Shown in pieces: positions 8,863 through 18,715 of a stretch of DNA of 64,000 bases; the first letter of the stretch is position 1, and each line of letters begins with the position of its first letter. Under the pieces are notes generated by a model that saw only the letters and a program-made list of their open reading frames with translations, did not search any database and was not told the origin of the DNA. Source of the DNA: a virus (taxonomy: Duplodnaviria; Heunggongvirae; Uroviricota; Caudoviricetes); the IMG/VR virus record IMGVR_UViG_3300045988_137643, positions 28,377 through 92,376 of that record; one strand, 5' to 3'. The translations under genes were made by a program, and so were the position numbers.

Positions 8863-11800
8863 ATGTGGTACAGGGAAGGTACTATCACATTTACACAGGG
8901 TAGCAATACTCTGGTTGGGGTTGGGACAGCCTGGAACGTAACAGCTAATGGTGTGTTGCCGGGGATGATCGTCATTGGCCCCGACAATAAGCTGTATGAG
9001 ATCAAGCGCGTAACAAGCGATACGAATATTGTTCTCTCAGAACCTTATACCGGCGAAACTCAGTCTGAAGTTCCGTGCCGAATCATTACGACCTATGAAG
9101 GCGACTTAACACAGTTTAGCGCGCGCTTTACTGCGCTAATGTCGCGTATGTCGGCTGATTCCAAGTCCATGCGCAGTTGGTTGACTGCGCTGGATGAGGT
9201 GACAATCGAGCGTGAAGACGGTACAGAAGTGACCGTTAAGCCGCTGATGCAGATCGTCAACGAGCACAACGAAAACGTTGAGTGGTATAAAAATAACACC
9301 GATGCGATTGACGCTGCTGGCGACAAAGCTCGTGAGGCGGCGGCCAGTGCTGCCGCAGCAGCAGAAAGCGCCAATACCGCTGGAGAAAAAGCCTCTCAAG
9401 CGTCTCAAAGTGCATCCGCTGCGGCTTCCTCACAAAGTGCTGCAAGTGCGAGTGCAACTGCTGCGAAAAAATCTGAAACAAACGCAGAATCAGCATATGT
9501 CGCGGCAGCAGAATCAGCATCTGTAGCGTCGACTAAAGCATCGGAGGCGGCCACATCTGCGTCCAGTGCCTCTGCATCTAAGGATGCGGCTAAAGCATCA
9601 GAGACTAACGCGTCATCGAGTGCAAACGCGGCGGCATCATTTGCAACAGAAGCTGAAAATTCGTCTAAGGCAGCAAAAGCGTCAGAGACAAACGCAAAAG
9701 CATCTGAAACGGCAGCCGGGCAGAGTGCATCGTCTGCAAACAGTTCGAAATCTGCGGCAGAAGCGTCAGCAAGCGCAGCCTCAGCAAGTGCGGATAGTGC
9801 TTCATCAAGTGCAACTGCGGCAGGAAAATCTGCGGAAAGCGCGTCGTCATCAGCGACAACAGCTACCGCAAAAGCGACTGAGGCGACGAATCAGGCTACA
9901 GCCGCTAAAAATTCAGCATCGGCAGCAAAATCCTCTGAAACAAATGCAAAGACTTCAGAAGACAATGCCGCTTCCTCTAAGGCTGCAGCTGCTGAATCTG
10001 CAAGTTCTGCGTCAGCATCAGCCACCTCGGCGTCTGCTTCAAAGGATGAGGCGACCAAGCAGGCATCAGCTGCGAAGGGTAGTGCTTCAACGGCATCCAC
10101 GAAAGCAACAGAGGCGGCAGGCAGTGCGACGGCTGCATCTCAGAGCAAAACTGCTGCTGAATCCGCTGCGGCCCGTGCAGAAGCTGCCGCTGATCGTGCT
10201 GAAGAGATTGCCGGTGCAGTTGCGATGGAAGACGCAAGCCTTACAACTAAAGGTGTTGTGAAACTTAGCAGTGCTGTCGATAGCACCAGCGAATCACTGG
10301 CTGCAACTCCAAAGGCAGTTAAAGCTGCGAATGACAATGCGAATAGCCGATTGGCGAAGAACCAGAATGGTGCTGATATACCAGGTAAGGATACCTTCAC
10401 GAAAAATATTGGCGCTGGGCGAGCATTTGGAGGCTCTGTAAGCACAACAGCAGGAAACTGGACTACGGCACAGTTTGTCGAATGGTTGGACTCTCAAGGG
10501 GCGTTTAATCATCCGTACTGGATGTGTAAAGGCTCATGGTCGTATGGCAACAACAAAATCATTACTGATACTGGTTGTGGCGATATTCATCTTGCCGGGG
10601 CAGTAATTGAGGTAATGGGGATAAAGTCCGCAATGACGATCCGCGTTACCACACCAACAACATCTAGCGGTGGTGGTACTGCTAACGCTCAATTTACTTA
10701 TATTAACCACGGGACAGATTATTCTCCAGGCTGGCGACGAGACTACAATACAAAATACAAACCTACGCCATCGGATATAGGTGCATTATCAACATCAGGA
10801 GGGACGGTTTCAGGTCCGTTGTCTGTTACTGGTGGATTAACTGGTTCATTGAATGGCAATGCGAGTACCGCCACGAAATTGCAGACTGCAAGAACTATCG
10901 GCGGCGTGGCCTTCGATGGATCTGCGAACATAAATTTGCCTGGTGTAAACACGGCAGGTAATCAGAGCACTACTGGTAATGCCGCAACCGCTACAAAACT
11001 TCAAACGGCAAGAACGATTGGTGGCGTTTCATTTAACGGAACTGCCAACATCGACTTGCCCGGAGTTAACAAAGCTGGCAACCAAAGCACCACAGGTAAT
11101 GCTGCTACAGCTACTAAATTGCAGACAGCAAGAACCATCGGTGGTGTTAGCTTCGATGGCACTGCGAATATTAATTTGCCTGGTGTTAATGCTGCCGGTA
11201 ATCAGAACACTACCGGTAACGCGGCCACAGCGACCAAGTTGCAAACTGCTAGAACTATTAACGGGGTGTCGTTTAACGGCTCTGCGAATATTTCAATACC
11301 AACAATTACGTCCAGAGGACGCGTTACTGCGCTCACAGGTACAACACAAGGTGCTGCGACTGGATTGCAGATGTACGAGGCATATAACAATGGCTACCCT
11401 TCGACTTACGGGAATGTGCTTCATCTTAAGGGCGCAACGGCCGTTGGTGAAGGTGAGTTGTTCATAGGTTGGAGCGGTACAAGTGGCGCTCATGCACCTG
11501 TACATGTACGTTCGCGACGAGATACGGATACATCCAGTTGGTCTGAATGGGCGCAAGTTTATACGTCCAAAGACTCAATTCCAGGTGTCAATGCCACCGG
11601 TAATCAGAACACTACTGGCAACGCAGCCTCTGCAACGAAGTTGCAGACAGCCAGAACAATTGGAGGTGTGTCGTTTAATGGTACCGCCAATATTAACTTG
11701 CCGGGTGTTAATATAGCGGGTAATCAGAATACGACTGGTAACGCAGCTTCAGCCACGAAGTTACAAACGGCTCGTACTATCGGTGGTGTTAGTTTTAACG

Positions 11801-12519
11801 GTACAGCCAATATTAACTTACCTGGTGTGAATACGACCGGTAATCAGAACACTACTGGTAATGCTGCAACCGCCACAAAATTGCAGACAGCAAGGAAAAT
11901 TGCTGGTGTGGCGTTTGATGGCTCTGCCGATATTACTTTGACTGCGGCTAACCTTAATGCTTATACGAAAACTGAGGTAACAAACCTTCTAAGTTCCTAT
12001 GCAAGCAGATCATCACTGACAGGCTATAGTGGCAACCTGGATATTATCGCTGAAACACTGGTTGTCAAATCAGGCGGTAGTGGAGGGTTTGCTATATGGG
12101 ATATTGGCACAACTACTAGCGGTGCCAATATGTACATTGATCCAAACCCAGGTATCAATACAGTTTGGCGTTCAACATCTTCAAGGCGCTATAAAAAGGA
12201 TATTGAAACATTACAAGATCGATATGCTGATGAACTTTTGTCATTAAGACCTGTTTGGTATCGTTCAATTTGTCGAGGTGACCGAAAGGATTGGGGGTAT
12301 TACGGCCTTATTGCTGAAGAGGTTGGTGAGATTGCCCCGCAATATGTCCATTGGCGTGAACCAACAAATAATGATTCTCCAGAAGATATTTCCTCAAATG
12401 GTATGGTCGCTGAAGGGGTGATGTATGAGCGTTTGGTTGTACCACTCATTCATCATATTCAGCAATTGACCAAAAGGGTTGAGGAGCTTGAAACGAAGTT
12501 AAATTCACCTAAAGAATAA
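8863..12519 (+). CDS. Side tail fiber protein (lambda Stf-like N-terminal region) with C-terminal S74-type intramolecular chaperone
   Basis: Ala/Ser-rich heptad region with KASETNAKASETAAG-type units as in lambda Stf; 40-aa repeats; C-terminus SSRRYKKDIE...GLIAEEV typical of autoproteolytic chaperone domains. Confidence 0.8.
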   Translation: MWYREGTITFTQGSNTLVGVGTAWNVTANGVLPGMIVIGPDNKLYEIKRVTSDTNIVLSEPYTGETQSEVPCRIITTYEGDLTQFSARFTALMSRMSADSKSMRSWLTALDEVTIEREDGTEVTVKPLMQIVNEHNENVEWYKNNTDAIDAAGDKAREAAASAAAAAESANTAGEKASQASQSASAAASSQSAASASATAAKKSETNAESAYVAAAESASVASTKASEAATSASSASASKDAAKASETNASSSANAAASFATEAENSSKAAKASETNAKASETAAGQSASSANSSKSAAEASASAASASADSASSSATAAGKSAESASSSATTATAKATEATNQATAAKNSASAAKSSETNAKTSEDNAASSKAAAAESASSASASATSASASKDEATKQASAAKGSASTASTKATEAAGSATAASQSKTAAESAAARAEAAADRAEEIAGAVAMEDASLTTKGVVKLSSAVDSTSESLAATPKAVKAANDNANSRLAKNQNGADIPGKDTFTKNIGAGRAFGGSVSTTAGNWTTAQFVEWLDSQGAFNHPYWMCKGSWSYGNNKIITDTGCGDIHLAGAVIEVMGIKSAMTIRVTTPTTSSGGGTANAQFTYINHGTDYSPGWRRDYNTKYKPTPSDIGALSTSGGTVSGPLSVTGGLTGSLNGNASTATKLQTARTIGGVAFDGSANINLPGVNTAGNQSTTGNAATATKLQTARTIGGVSFNGTANIDLPGVNKAGNQSTTGNAATATKLQTARTIGGVSFDGTANINLPGVNAAGNQNTTGNAATATKLQTARTINGVSFNGSANISIPTITSRGRVTALTGTTQGAATGLQMYEAYNNGYPSTYGNVLHLKGATAVGEGELFIGWSGTSGAHAPVHVRSRRDTDTSSWSEWAQVYTSKDSIPGVNATGNQNTTGNAASATKLQTARTIGGVSFNGTANINLPGVNIAGNQNTTGNAASATKLQTARTIGGVSFNGTANINLPGVNTTGNQNTTGNAATATKLQTARKIAGVAFDGSADITLTAANLNAYTKTEVTNLLSSYASRSSLTGYSGNLDIIAETLVVKSGGSGGFAIWDIGTTTSGANMYIDPNPGINTVWRSTSSRRYKKDIETLQDRYADELLSLRPVWYRSICRGDRKDWGYYGLIAEEVGEIAPQYVHWREPTNNDSPEDISSNGMVAEGVMYERLVVPLIHHIQQLTKRVEELETKLNSPKE
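10830..11940 (+). repeat. About nine 40-aa (120 bp) tail-fiber repeats, interrupted at 11290-11570
   Basis: Repeated unit PGVN.(A)GNQNTTGNAATATKLQTARTIGGVSFNGTANINL. Confidence 0.8.
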
Positions 12520-12579
12520 ACAACTTCAATCGGGGCTGGAACTAAACCAGCCCCTGCTTAAAAGTATAAGGATATATTT

Positions 12580-12834
12580 ATGAGCTATGGTGCACAGGTT
12601 TGGTCGCCATCAAGACAGGAGATGGTCGATGCGTTGGCCCCTGTTTATTACCTCGATTATTTTACTCCCTCTGGTTCTGGAAGTAGAACATATGATGTTG
12701 AGGCGGGATTGGGAATCGACTATTACATAATGGACGTAACCAATGGGAAATACACAAGTCTTACGGTTTCTGGAAATACCATTTCATGGTCTGGAGCTAG
12801 TGGTAATTTAAACATATTGGTTTTTCAAAAATAA
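12580..12834 (+). CDS. Hypothetical protein downstream of tail fiber
   Basis: ORF with AAGGA RBS; no recognisable motif. Confidence 0.3.
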   Translation: MSYGAQVWSPSRQEMVDALAPVYYLDYFTPSGSGSRTYDVEAGLGIDYYIMDVTNGKYTSLTVSGNTISWSGASGNLNILVFQK

Positions 12835-13442
12835 TGTACGGAAGCAAGATATATCGATCTGACGGGAAGGTCTGGATGTCTCCTTCTTTGTCTCCTATCG
12901 TTTTTCAGAGAAAGCAGGTTGTTTCTTTATCCGGCGGGACAGAGTTTAACACCCAAATATCTCCAGATCGTTCACCGATGATTTTTGTTGCCTATTCGAA
13001 AGCTGTTTCATTAATAGCCAACAGAATAGTGCGTAACAACCAGGTGATTTACAGTTTCGGAGGTCAGGGTAGCGACTCTAGTGCCACGATATACGTATTT
13101 TCGAAAGGTATAGCCAAAAAAGAAACTTGGGGCATGAGTTTTTTCAATGCACAAGGGGAGGAAATCTATAATACGGCAAATATCCCACTTTCATTTACCT
13201 TTCTTAATAATACGGAGTGGAACAGCTCTGGAGGGCATGTTTTTGATTACCCACCAGCGATAATCCCAACATATGCGAATGTGTTCGCTGTTCCAGTACC
13301 GGGCGGAGCCATGACAATGGTTTATGGATATGCGGCATATGGAAATACTGTTAGCTCGATATTCGTAAACCAACTTAATGGCGGCCATAGTTTTAGCGTA
13401 AATGGCAGAGTACCGGTAATAAATAGAAATCTGTATAACTGA
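12834..13442 (+). CDS. Hypothetical protein, possibly tail-fiber associated
   Basis: Start overlaps upstream stop (TAATG); no recognisable motif. Confidence 0.3.
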   Translation: MYGSKIYRSDGKVWMSPSLSPIVFQRKQVVSLSGGTEFNTQISPDRSPMIFVAYSKAVSLIANRIVRNNQVIYSFGGQGSDSSATIYVFSKGIAKKETWGMSFFNAQGEEIYNTANIPLSFTFLNNTEWNSSGGHVFDYPPAIIPTYANVFAVPVPGGAMTMVYGYAAYGNTVSSIFVNQLNGGHSFSVNGRVPVINRNLYN

Positions 13443-13449
13443 TGAGTAA

Positions 13450-13683
13450 ATGATGAAAAGATTATTTCTAACAATAGCTGTTGTTCTCTCTCTTACTGGC
13501 TGCCAGAAATTGCCGACACCTATATGTTATGGTGAGGCTATCATTGGTGGACAGGAGACAGTCATACCTATATATGCTGTTAAAAAGGTTAACGGCTATA
13601 CCTTATACAAAGCGGGTAGCATCTATAACTGGCGATGGGTTGGAGTAGGTGCTTTCTCATCTGTGCGTTGCAATGCTGAATGA
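13450..13683 (+). CDS. Small lipoprotein, candidate superinfection-exclusion protein (Cor/Llp-like position)
   Basis: Signal peptide plus lipobox LSLTGC; 77 aa; directly after receptor-binding genes. Confidence 0.4.
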   Translation: MMKRLFLTIAVVLSLTGCQKLPTPICYGEAIIGGQETVIPIYAVKKVNGYTLYKAGSIYNWRWVGVGAFSSVRCNAE

Positions 13684-13764
13684 TAAGTAAGTACACACCT
13701 ACAACAAGAAGGTGAAATGTGATATAAATCCGCCATCCCGATTTGACTTTTCATGGAGGAAAAC

Positions 13765-14088
13765 ATGTCGAACGAGATGGCGGGCGTTACAACAGAGCAA
13801 GTTGAGCGTATTGCCGCGATCGTTGCTCGGGAGGTTGTTGGCAAATTAGGCAAAGAGCTACGTGAAGAAATTGGCCAGGAGGTCAATGATCAGCTGAAAA
13901 CCTACTTTGGTGATATGACCCCGGCGCAACATAGTATTCAACACTCCAACCTGGACAAGCTCCTTAACCGGTTAGATTCCATCTCCAGTGGGTTCTTTGG
14001 CGGCATTGTTTCTAAAATAACGTCGTTCATTATTACCGCACTGCTTTTGGGGTTAGCCGCGTATGGCGTAAAAAATGGACTGCAATAA
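13765..14088 (+). CDS. Putative holin or lysis membrane protein
   Basis: C-terminal transmembrane segment; GGAGG RBS before ATG 13765; begins the lysis cassette. Confidence 0.3.
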   Translation: MSNEMAGVTTEQVERIAAIVAREVVGKLGKELREEIGQEVNDQLKTYFGDMTPAQHSIQHSNLDKLLNRLDSISSGFFGGIVSKITSFIITALLLGLAAYGVKNGLQ

Positions 14089-14101
14089 CAGGAGATCAAG
14101 G

Positions 14102-14794
14102 ATGAAGACTCCGAGAGGCATTCGTAATAATAACCCCGGTAATCTTGATAAAGGATCACCGTGGCAAGGTCTGGTTGCGAATCCAGACGAACCGCGCTTT
14201 TGCACGTTTAAAGACCCTGTTTGGGGGATTCGTGCGCTGGCGGTGACTCTAATTACCTACCACGACAAACGTCGCGCAAAAGACGGCTCAAGTATCGATA
14301 CCATTCGTGAAGTTATTGAACGTTGGGCACCGCCGAATGAAAACAACACTGACGCCTACATTAATGAGGTGTCTAAAGCCGTTGGTGTAACCGCAGACAT
14401 GATCATCGATCTGCATGATTACGACATCCTTCGACCTTTGGTTGAGGCAATCATTCGCCACGAGAATGGCCGGGGGCCGCTAAAAACGCTGAACACCTGG
14501 TATGCGGCAGAAGTTATTGAGGAAGGTCTGCGTCGAGCTGGCGTTGTTAAGCCGGTGAAAACCGTGAAGGCTGTTCCTGTAACTAAAGAAACAGCAGGCG
14601 CAACTGTTACAGCAGGTATTGGTCTGGCGCAACTGGCCGATGTTATGCCGCAGGTTTCCGCTGCTATGGATAAGGCACAAGGCCATATCTCTAGCGGGGA
14701 TACAGTACGCATCATCTTCGGTATTGCCACTATTGTTGTGGCCGGATTCATTGCCTGGTCGCAGGTAAGAAAACACCAGAAAGGGATGGTCTAA
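14102..14794 (+). CDS. Hypothetical lysis-cassette protein with C-terminal membrane anchor (endolysin candidate)
   Basis: Motif GIRNNNPGNL near N-terminus; C-terminal TM helix; sits between holin candidate and spanins; AGGAG RBS before ATG 14102. Confidence 0.3.
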   Translation: MKTPRGIRNNNPGNLDKGSPWQGLVANPDEPRFCTFKDPVWGIRALAVTLITYHDKRRAKDGSSIDTIREVIERWAPPNENNTDAYINEVSKAVGVTADMIIDLHDYDILRPLVEAIIRHENGRGPLKTLNTWYAAEVIEEGLRRAGVVKPVKTVKAVPVTKETAGATVTAGIGLAQLADVMPQVSAAMDKAQGHISSGDTVRIIFGIATIVVAGFIAWSQVRKHQKGMV

Positions 14795-14795
14795 T

Positions 14796-15047
14796 ATGCT
14801 AGGCAGCCTGATGACAAAGCTAAAAGTTGCTTTGATTACGCTGGCTGCCGTTCTTTTCGTTCTGGTCGGCGCTTACACGATGGGCGGGAATGCAGCACGA
14901 CGAGCAATGGAAGAGAAGGCAAAACAGGAAGACAGAAAACGACTTCAAAGCACAGTGGACGTCAAAAATGAAACACTTGATGAGTTACGGCGCAAGGATG
15001 CTTCTTCTGTTCATCATGAGTTGCACAATAAGTGGTTGCGTGATTAA
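14796..15047 (+). CDS. i-spanin (Rz-like)
   Basis: N-terminal TM helix followed by charged coiled-coil; contains an embedded out-of-frame lipoprotein ORF. Confidence 0.5.
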   Translation: MLGSLMTKLKVALITLAAVLFVLVGAYTMGGNAARRAMEEKAKQEDRKRLQSTVDVKNETLDELRRKDASSVHHELHNKWLRD

Positions 15048-15198
15048 GCCTCAACCCGCTGGTGTGCTTTTCTGCGATGCGGCTACACCGCTATACATCA
15101 GTCGTGATGATCTCATGACCGAAGAGACTGAAAGAGAGGTGCTTTTTCACAATATGATAGGGGAGCGATTGTGTGGATGGGGCAGAAAATTACCATAA
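14968..15198 (+). CDS. o-spanin (Rz1-like lipoprotein), overlapping the i-spanin gene
   Basis: Signal peptide with lipobox TISGC; starts inside the i-spanin ORF in another frame and extends past its stop. Confidence 0.5.
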   Translation: MKHLMSYGARMLLLFIMSCTISGCVIKPQPAGVLFCDAATPLYISRDDLMTEETEREVLFHNMIGERLCGWGRKLP

Positions 15199-15374
15199 CA
15201 GAAGTGGAGTTTTCTAACATAAAATTTGCATATTATTAGAGCACAAGGTAGATTTAAGGCACGGGTGTCAAGTAAATCATCCGTTGCTTTAAAGCTGCGA
15301 AGCATTATCGTAGCCTCTAAATCCCTTTGGGGTCGCCGCAATAACATACACTTGTTAACGGCTAAGGTGGAAAC

Positions 15375-15794
15375 ATGCTAAATTATCATGACAATACGCG
15401 TTCTATGCAGACGATCCGCACCAATACTGCGGTTATCGACAGCTTTCCTATGCGTATTCACAACAGTGAAGACGCAGTAGAAGTGCGACGTATGTTGTGC
15501 CGTGAATCAGCTAACCGCCAGCACTTCATCGTCACTTTTAAGAGCGATGTGGCGCGTGCCGAAAAGATCTCTAATTCTACGTCACTGGTTAAACCGTTGG
15601 CCGAGGTTGTCGCTAACGGTAAACGAACCTCTTTTGTTTTAGATGTTGCTGAACAATATCCTGACTTGAAGTGTTTAGATCGTGATATTTCTTCACGAAT
15701 CAAACAAGTTGTAGAGTCTTTTATGAAGAAATTCTGTAAAATCGATGATATGGAACCATCAACGGCACAGAATACTTCATGGCACCATCTCTAA
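15375..15794 (+). CDS. Hypothetical protein
   Basis: ORF only. Confidence 0.3.
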   Translation: MLNYHDNTRSMQTIRTNTAVIDSFPMRIHNSEDAVEVRRMLCRESANRQHFIVTFKSDVARAEKISNSTSLVKPLAEVVANGKRTSFVLDVAEQYPDLKCLDRDISSRIKQVVESFMKKFCKIDDMEPSTAQNTSWHHL

Positions 15795-16552
15795 TTGGTC
15801 AGGCGAACAGATTAATCCCTGAAATAGAAGACTACAGCAAGGTCTTGTCTGAAATGCCGAGAGCGACGAGAATTATCGCTCTCGGTGAGTTCTATTTTAT
15901 CTCCCGAGGTTTCGATCTAATTCGATTTACCGAATACGAGCTTGTTGATTCGGCCTATGAACGCTGTATTGTTGGCGAGTGTCTTGAGTCATGTGATCCT
16001 GATTACCAAGAGCAGGAAGTTAAGCGACTCAAACGTGCTGGTTACACACCTCTTGAGATAGGAGCAGAAATTGAATCCTACAAGTTGCATGTGGGGCAGT
16101 CAGTCCAAACAGTCTTCCGCGTGGCCTACTGCGAGTTTCCAATCAAGGATAAATCTGGAGTAAAAGTCAGCGCCAAGCAGATTAGAGGGGTTTTTACTCA
16201 TGCTGATTATATGGGATTAGGCATCGCAAGTTTTGCTTACCTTTATCTCGTAGATAAGTATCAGTACTTGGTTTGCGATACGTTACAGACGGTAAAAGGC
16301 GCAACTCTTTGGGCTGTGAGTATGCGCAAACATGGACTGGTAGAAATTTACGATACGAAGAACGAAAATTTTATAGAGGAATTGGGTGAGGATGCCTGTG
16401 GCGTAAGTGGTTTTATTCCGTGGGATATTGGTAAGTCTGACGGAGGCCAGATGCGAAGACGTGAAGAGTGGGGGACTAATAAAATCAATCTCACCCCAGG
16501 TGCTTGTACTCATATAGTGAACATTCTGAGTAAACGATCTATGAATCCATAA
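15779..16552 (+). CDS. Hypothetical protein (weak GNAT-like motif)
   Basis: ORF; segment HADYMGLGIASFAY loosely resembles an acetyl-CoA binding motif. Confidence 0.3.
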   Translation: MAPSLIGQANRLIPEIEDYSKVLSEMPRATRIIALGEFYFISRGFDLIRFTEYELVDSAYERCIVGECLESCDPDYQEQEVKRLKRAGYTPLEIGAEIESYKLHVGQSVQTVFRVAYCEFPIKDKSGVKVSAKQIRGVFTHADYMGLGIASFAYLYLVDKYQYLVCDTLQTVKGATLWAVSMRKHGLVEIYDTKNENFIEELGEDACGVSGFIPWDIGKSDGGQMRRREEWGTNKINLTPGACTHIVNILSKRSMNP

Positions 16553-16575
16553 ACCCGCTACGGCGGGTTTTTTTG
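16551..16575 (+). terminator. Rho-independent terminator
   Basis: CCCGC-tacg-GCGGG hairpin followed by TTTTTTT. Confidence 0.55.
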
Positions 16576-16701
16576 TTATTAAGCCCCCCTATGTACCTAT
16601 CATTAAACCTTTACACCGCAGCCGTAGGCATTTAGGCTATATCACATATAAGAAAACAAGTTGTTTCAGACGATAATTATATACGCAAAGGGAACTCTCC
16701 A

Positions 16702-17370
16702 ATGACCAAGATCTTTGTGGTTGGCGGCACAAAGGGCGGGCCTGGCAAATCCACCGTTGCCCAGCAAATTGCCGTTTGCCTGAAAGTCAAAAAGAAGAAG
16801 AAGGTTTATATCACCGATATAGATATTCAGCGCACGACAACGAGCTGGTGTGAAGACCGTCGACAGAACGAAGACCTTGAGCTGATTCCTTTTGCATACG
16901 TTCAGGATGACATCATTAAGCACCTAAAATCGCTTCAGGGTAGAGCTGAGTATGTAGTGGTAGATGCTGGTGGCTTCGACTCCGAAATTCAGCGACAAGC
17001 GATGCTGATGGCTGACGTTATCATTATCCCGCTGCGTCCTAAGCGTCGTGATTTGAAATCTTTACGTGACATCGATCCTATTATCGACAATGTTCGCAAT
17101 GTAAACGATAAAGTGAAGGTCCGCGCGGTCATGAACCAGTGCCCGGCTTTGCCATCACAAGTGTCTCGCATTCTGGCGGCTAAAGAGATTGTCGAGACGT
17201 TTGGCATCGAGTCTGCGCCTGTCAATCTATATAACCGCAACGTCTACGATGATGCGGAAGAGTCTGGTCGTTCTATCTTTGAAATGACCGGTAGCGAGCG
17301 CGACAAAAAGGCGGAAGCCGAGTTTGAAGAATTTGTAGATTATCTGTTGAGTCTGGAGGAAGAAGAATAA
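16702..17370 (+). CDS. parA: ParA-type plasmid partition ATPase
   Basis: Deviant Walker A GGTKGGPGKST at N-terminus; 222 aa. Confidence 0.8.
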   Translation: MTKIFVVGGTKGGPGKSTVAQQIAVCLKVKKKKKVYITDIDIQRTTTSWCEDRRQNEDLELIPFAYVQDDIIKHLKSLQGRAEYVVVDAGGFDSEIQRQAMLMADVIIIPLRPKRRDLKSLRDIDPIIDNVRNVNDKVKVRAVMNQCPALPSQVSRILAAKEIVETFGIESAPVNLYNRNVYDDAEESGRSIFEMTGSERDKKAEAEFEEFVDYLLSLEEEE

Positions 17371-17729
17371 TGTCCATGAAAATGGGTGACCTAGCAAAGC
17401 GCAAAGAGCCTGATGCACCGGCTAAGAACACAACTCCTTTGCGCCAACCAGTCAGACCACAGGGACGCCCGACTCGTGGCAAAGAGAAAATTAAAAGCCG
17501 CACAATGTCACTGGAAGACGAATACTTCGAACTGCTGGAGATGATGAAGTTCATCCCTCGCTTCGAGAAATTCACCCGCTCTGATGTGATTCGTGCTGCT
17601 ATTTTCCATCTTGCGGAGAAGACACCGCAGGAAATCGAGGACATCGTGAAACTTAACGAGGCGATCACAGCTGCCGATGTAACGATGCGTACCGATGAAA
17701 TCAAGCGAGAACTCATGAAAAAAGGCTGA
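17370..17729 (+). CDS. Small partition adaptor (ParG/ParB-like centromere-binding candidate)
   Basis: ATGA-overlapped with parA; basic N-terminus; 119 aa. Confidence 0.4.
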   Translation: MSMKMGDLAKRKEPDAPAKNTTPLRQPVRPQGRPTRGKEKIKSRTMSLEDEYFELLEMMKFIPRFEKFTRSDVIRAAIFHLAEKTPQEIEDIVKLNEAITAADVTMRTDEIKRELMKKG

Positions 17730-17922
17730 CAACTTCCGGTCTGGCAGCTTCAATCAGAACCTGTTTCTGTATTTAAATAATAAGTAACTTATTAAATATA
17801 TATACGGAAGCAGGTCTTTTAAAAGACACCCACCAGAACAACTCCCTTCCGTTTTCACTTCCAAAAACTGACACCAGTCGCTATCATCCGCTCATTGTGA
17901 TAAGTAAGTAACTACCTACCAG

Positions 17923-18672
17923 GTGAGCCACATGAGCCAAATCTTTTTCGATACCATCGACAACGACCAGTACGACTTCATGACAGAGTGGAATACCGCT
18001 GTTATGGACAAGTGGGTCGCTGAAAACATTGGTTTGTCGCGCTGTAAAGACGAGGCTGAACTCTTCGAGACGAAGTGGTTTGATTACCGAGACATGCATC
18101 CTCTTATGGCCACCTGTCTGTTTACGGAGGCATACAAACGTCAGTACTCAAATATCATGCTGACGCACGGTCGCGAACACTTTGAAACAGCTCCGTTCAC
18201 CACCGGGTTAAAACGCCTGCCTTATCAGGAGTTGTCGACTGCCAATAAAACGTCGCTATGGAAAGCACGCCAGTTTGCTGATCGCTATTGCTGCTCATAC
18301 GACTACTTTATCTCCACCGTGCTTTCCGCAGCTGCACGACGTCTGTGGGACAAGCTGCCTCGCCCACAGCATTTGTGGCAGCCAGAACTGATTGAGATAT
18401 TTGAAGAGAAATTAGCCAGACGCGCAACAACCCGTCTGGATGACTCTCTGGTTAGTTTTAAGCATATGGGAGACATGCAGTTCAACCCGATCCAGGAAAG
18501 CTATTTTGAGTGGATTCTGGAGCGTTTACGCACCATCCCCCGCAGCAAGCGCATACGCGCAATTTTCTCCGCTATCTGGCTAATGGAAATCGTTCCAGAG
18601 CGCCTTATTTCCGCCCATTTTCCAGAAGAACTGGAGGAAGCACGGCGGTTTATTGATCCCCTATCCAATTAA
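17923..18672 (+). CDS. Hypothetical protein upstream of helicase
   Basis: ORF only. Confidence 0.3.
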   Translation: MSHMSQIFFDTIDNDQYDFMTEWNTAVMDKWVAENIGLSRCKDEAELFETKWFDYRDMHPLMATCLFTEAYKRQYSNIMLTHGREHFETAPFTTGLKRLPYQELSTANKTSLWKARQFADRYCCSYDYFISTVLSAAARRLWDKLPRPQHLWQPELIEIFEEKLARRATTRLDDSLVSFKHMGDMQFNPIQESYFEWILERLRTIPRSKRIRAIFSAIWLMEIVPERLISAHFPEELEEARRFIDPLSN

Positions 18673-18715
18673 CTAATACTAGAAAACAATTTGTTTAAAA
18701 AACAAAGGAAAGCAC

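Noticed and set aside
9566-10261. 231-aa Arg/Gln-rich ORF and several other alternate-frame or antisense ORFs inside the tail fiber gene (9093-10512)
   Set aside because: They lie within the Ala/Ser-rich repeat region of the Stf-like gene and are frame artefacts of GCN-rich low-complexity sequence
17812-17825. Palindrome GTCTTTTAAAAGAC downstream of the partition genes as the centromere (parS)
   Set aside because: Only a single copy was seen; centromeres of ParA systems are usually repeat arrays, so the partition site remains unassigned
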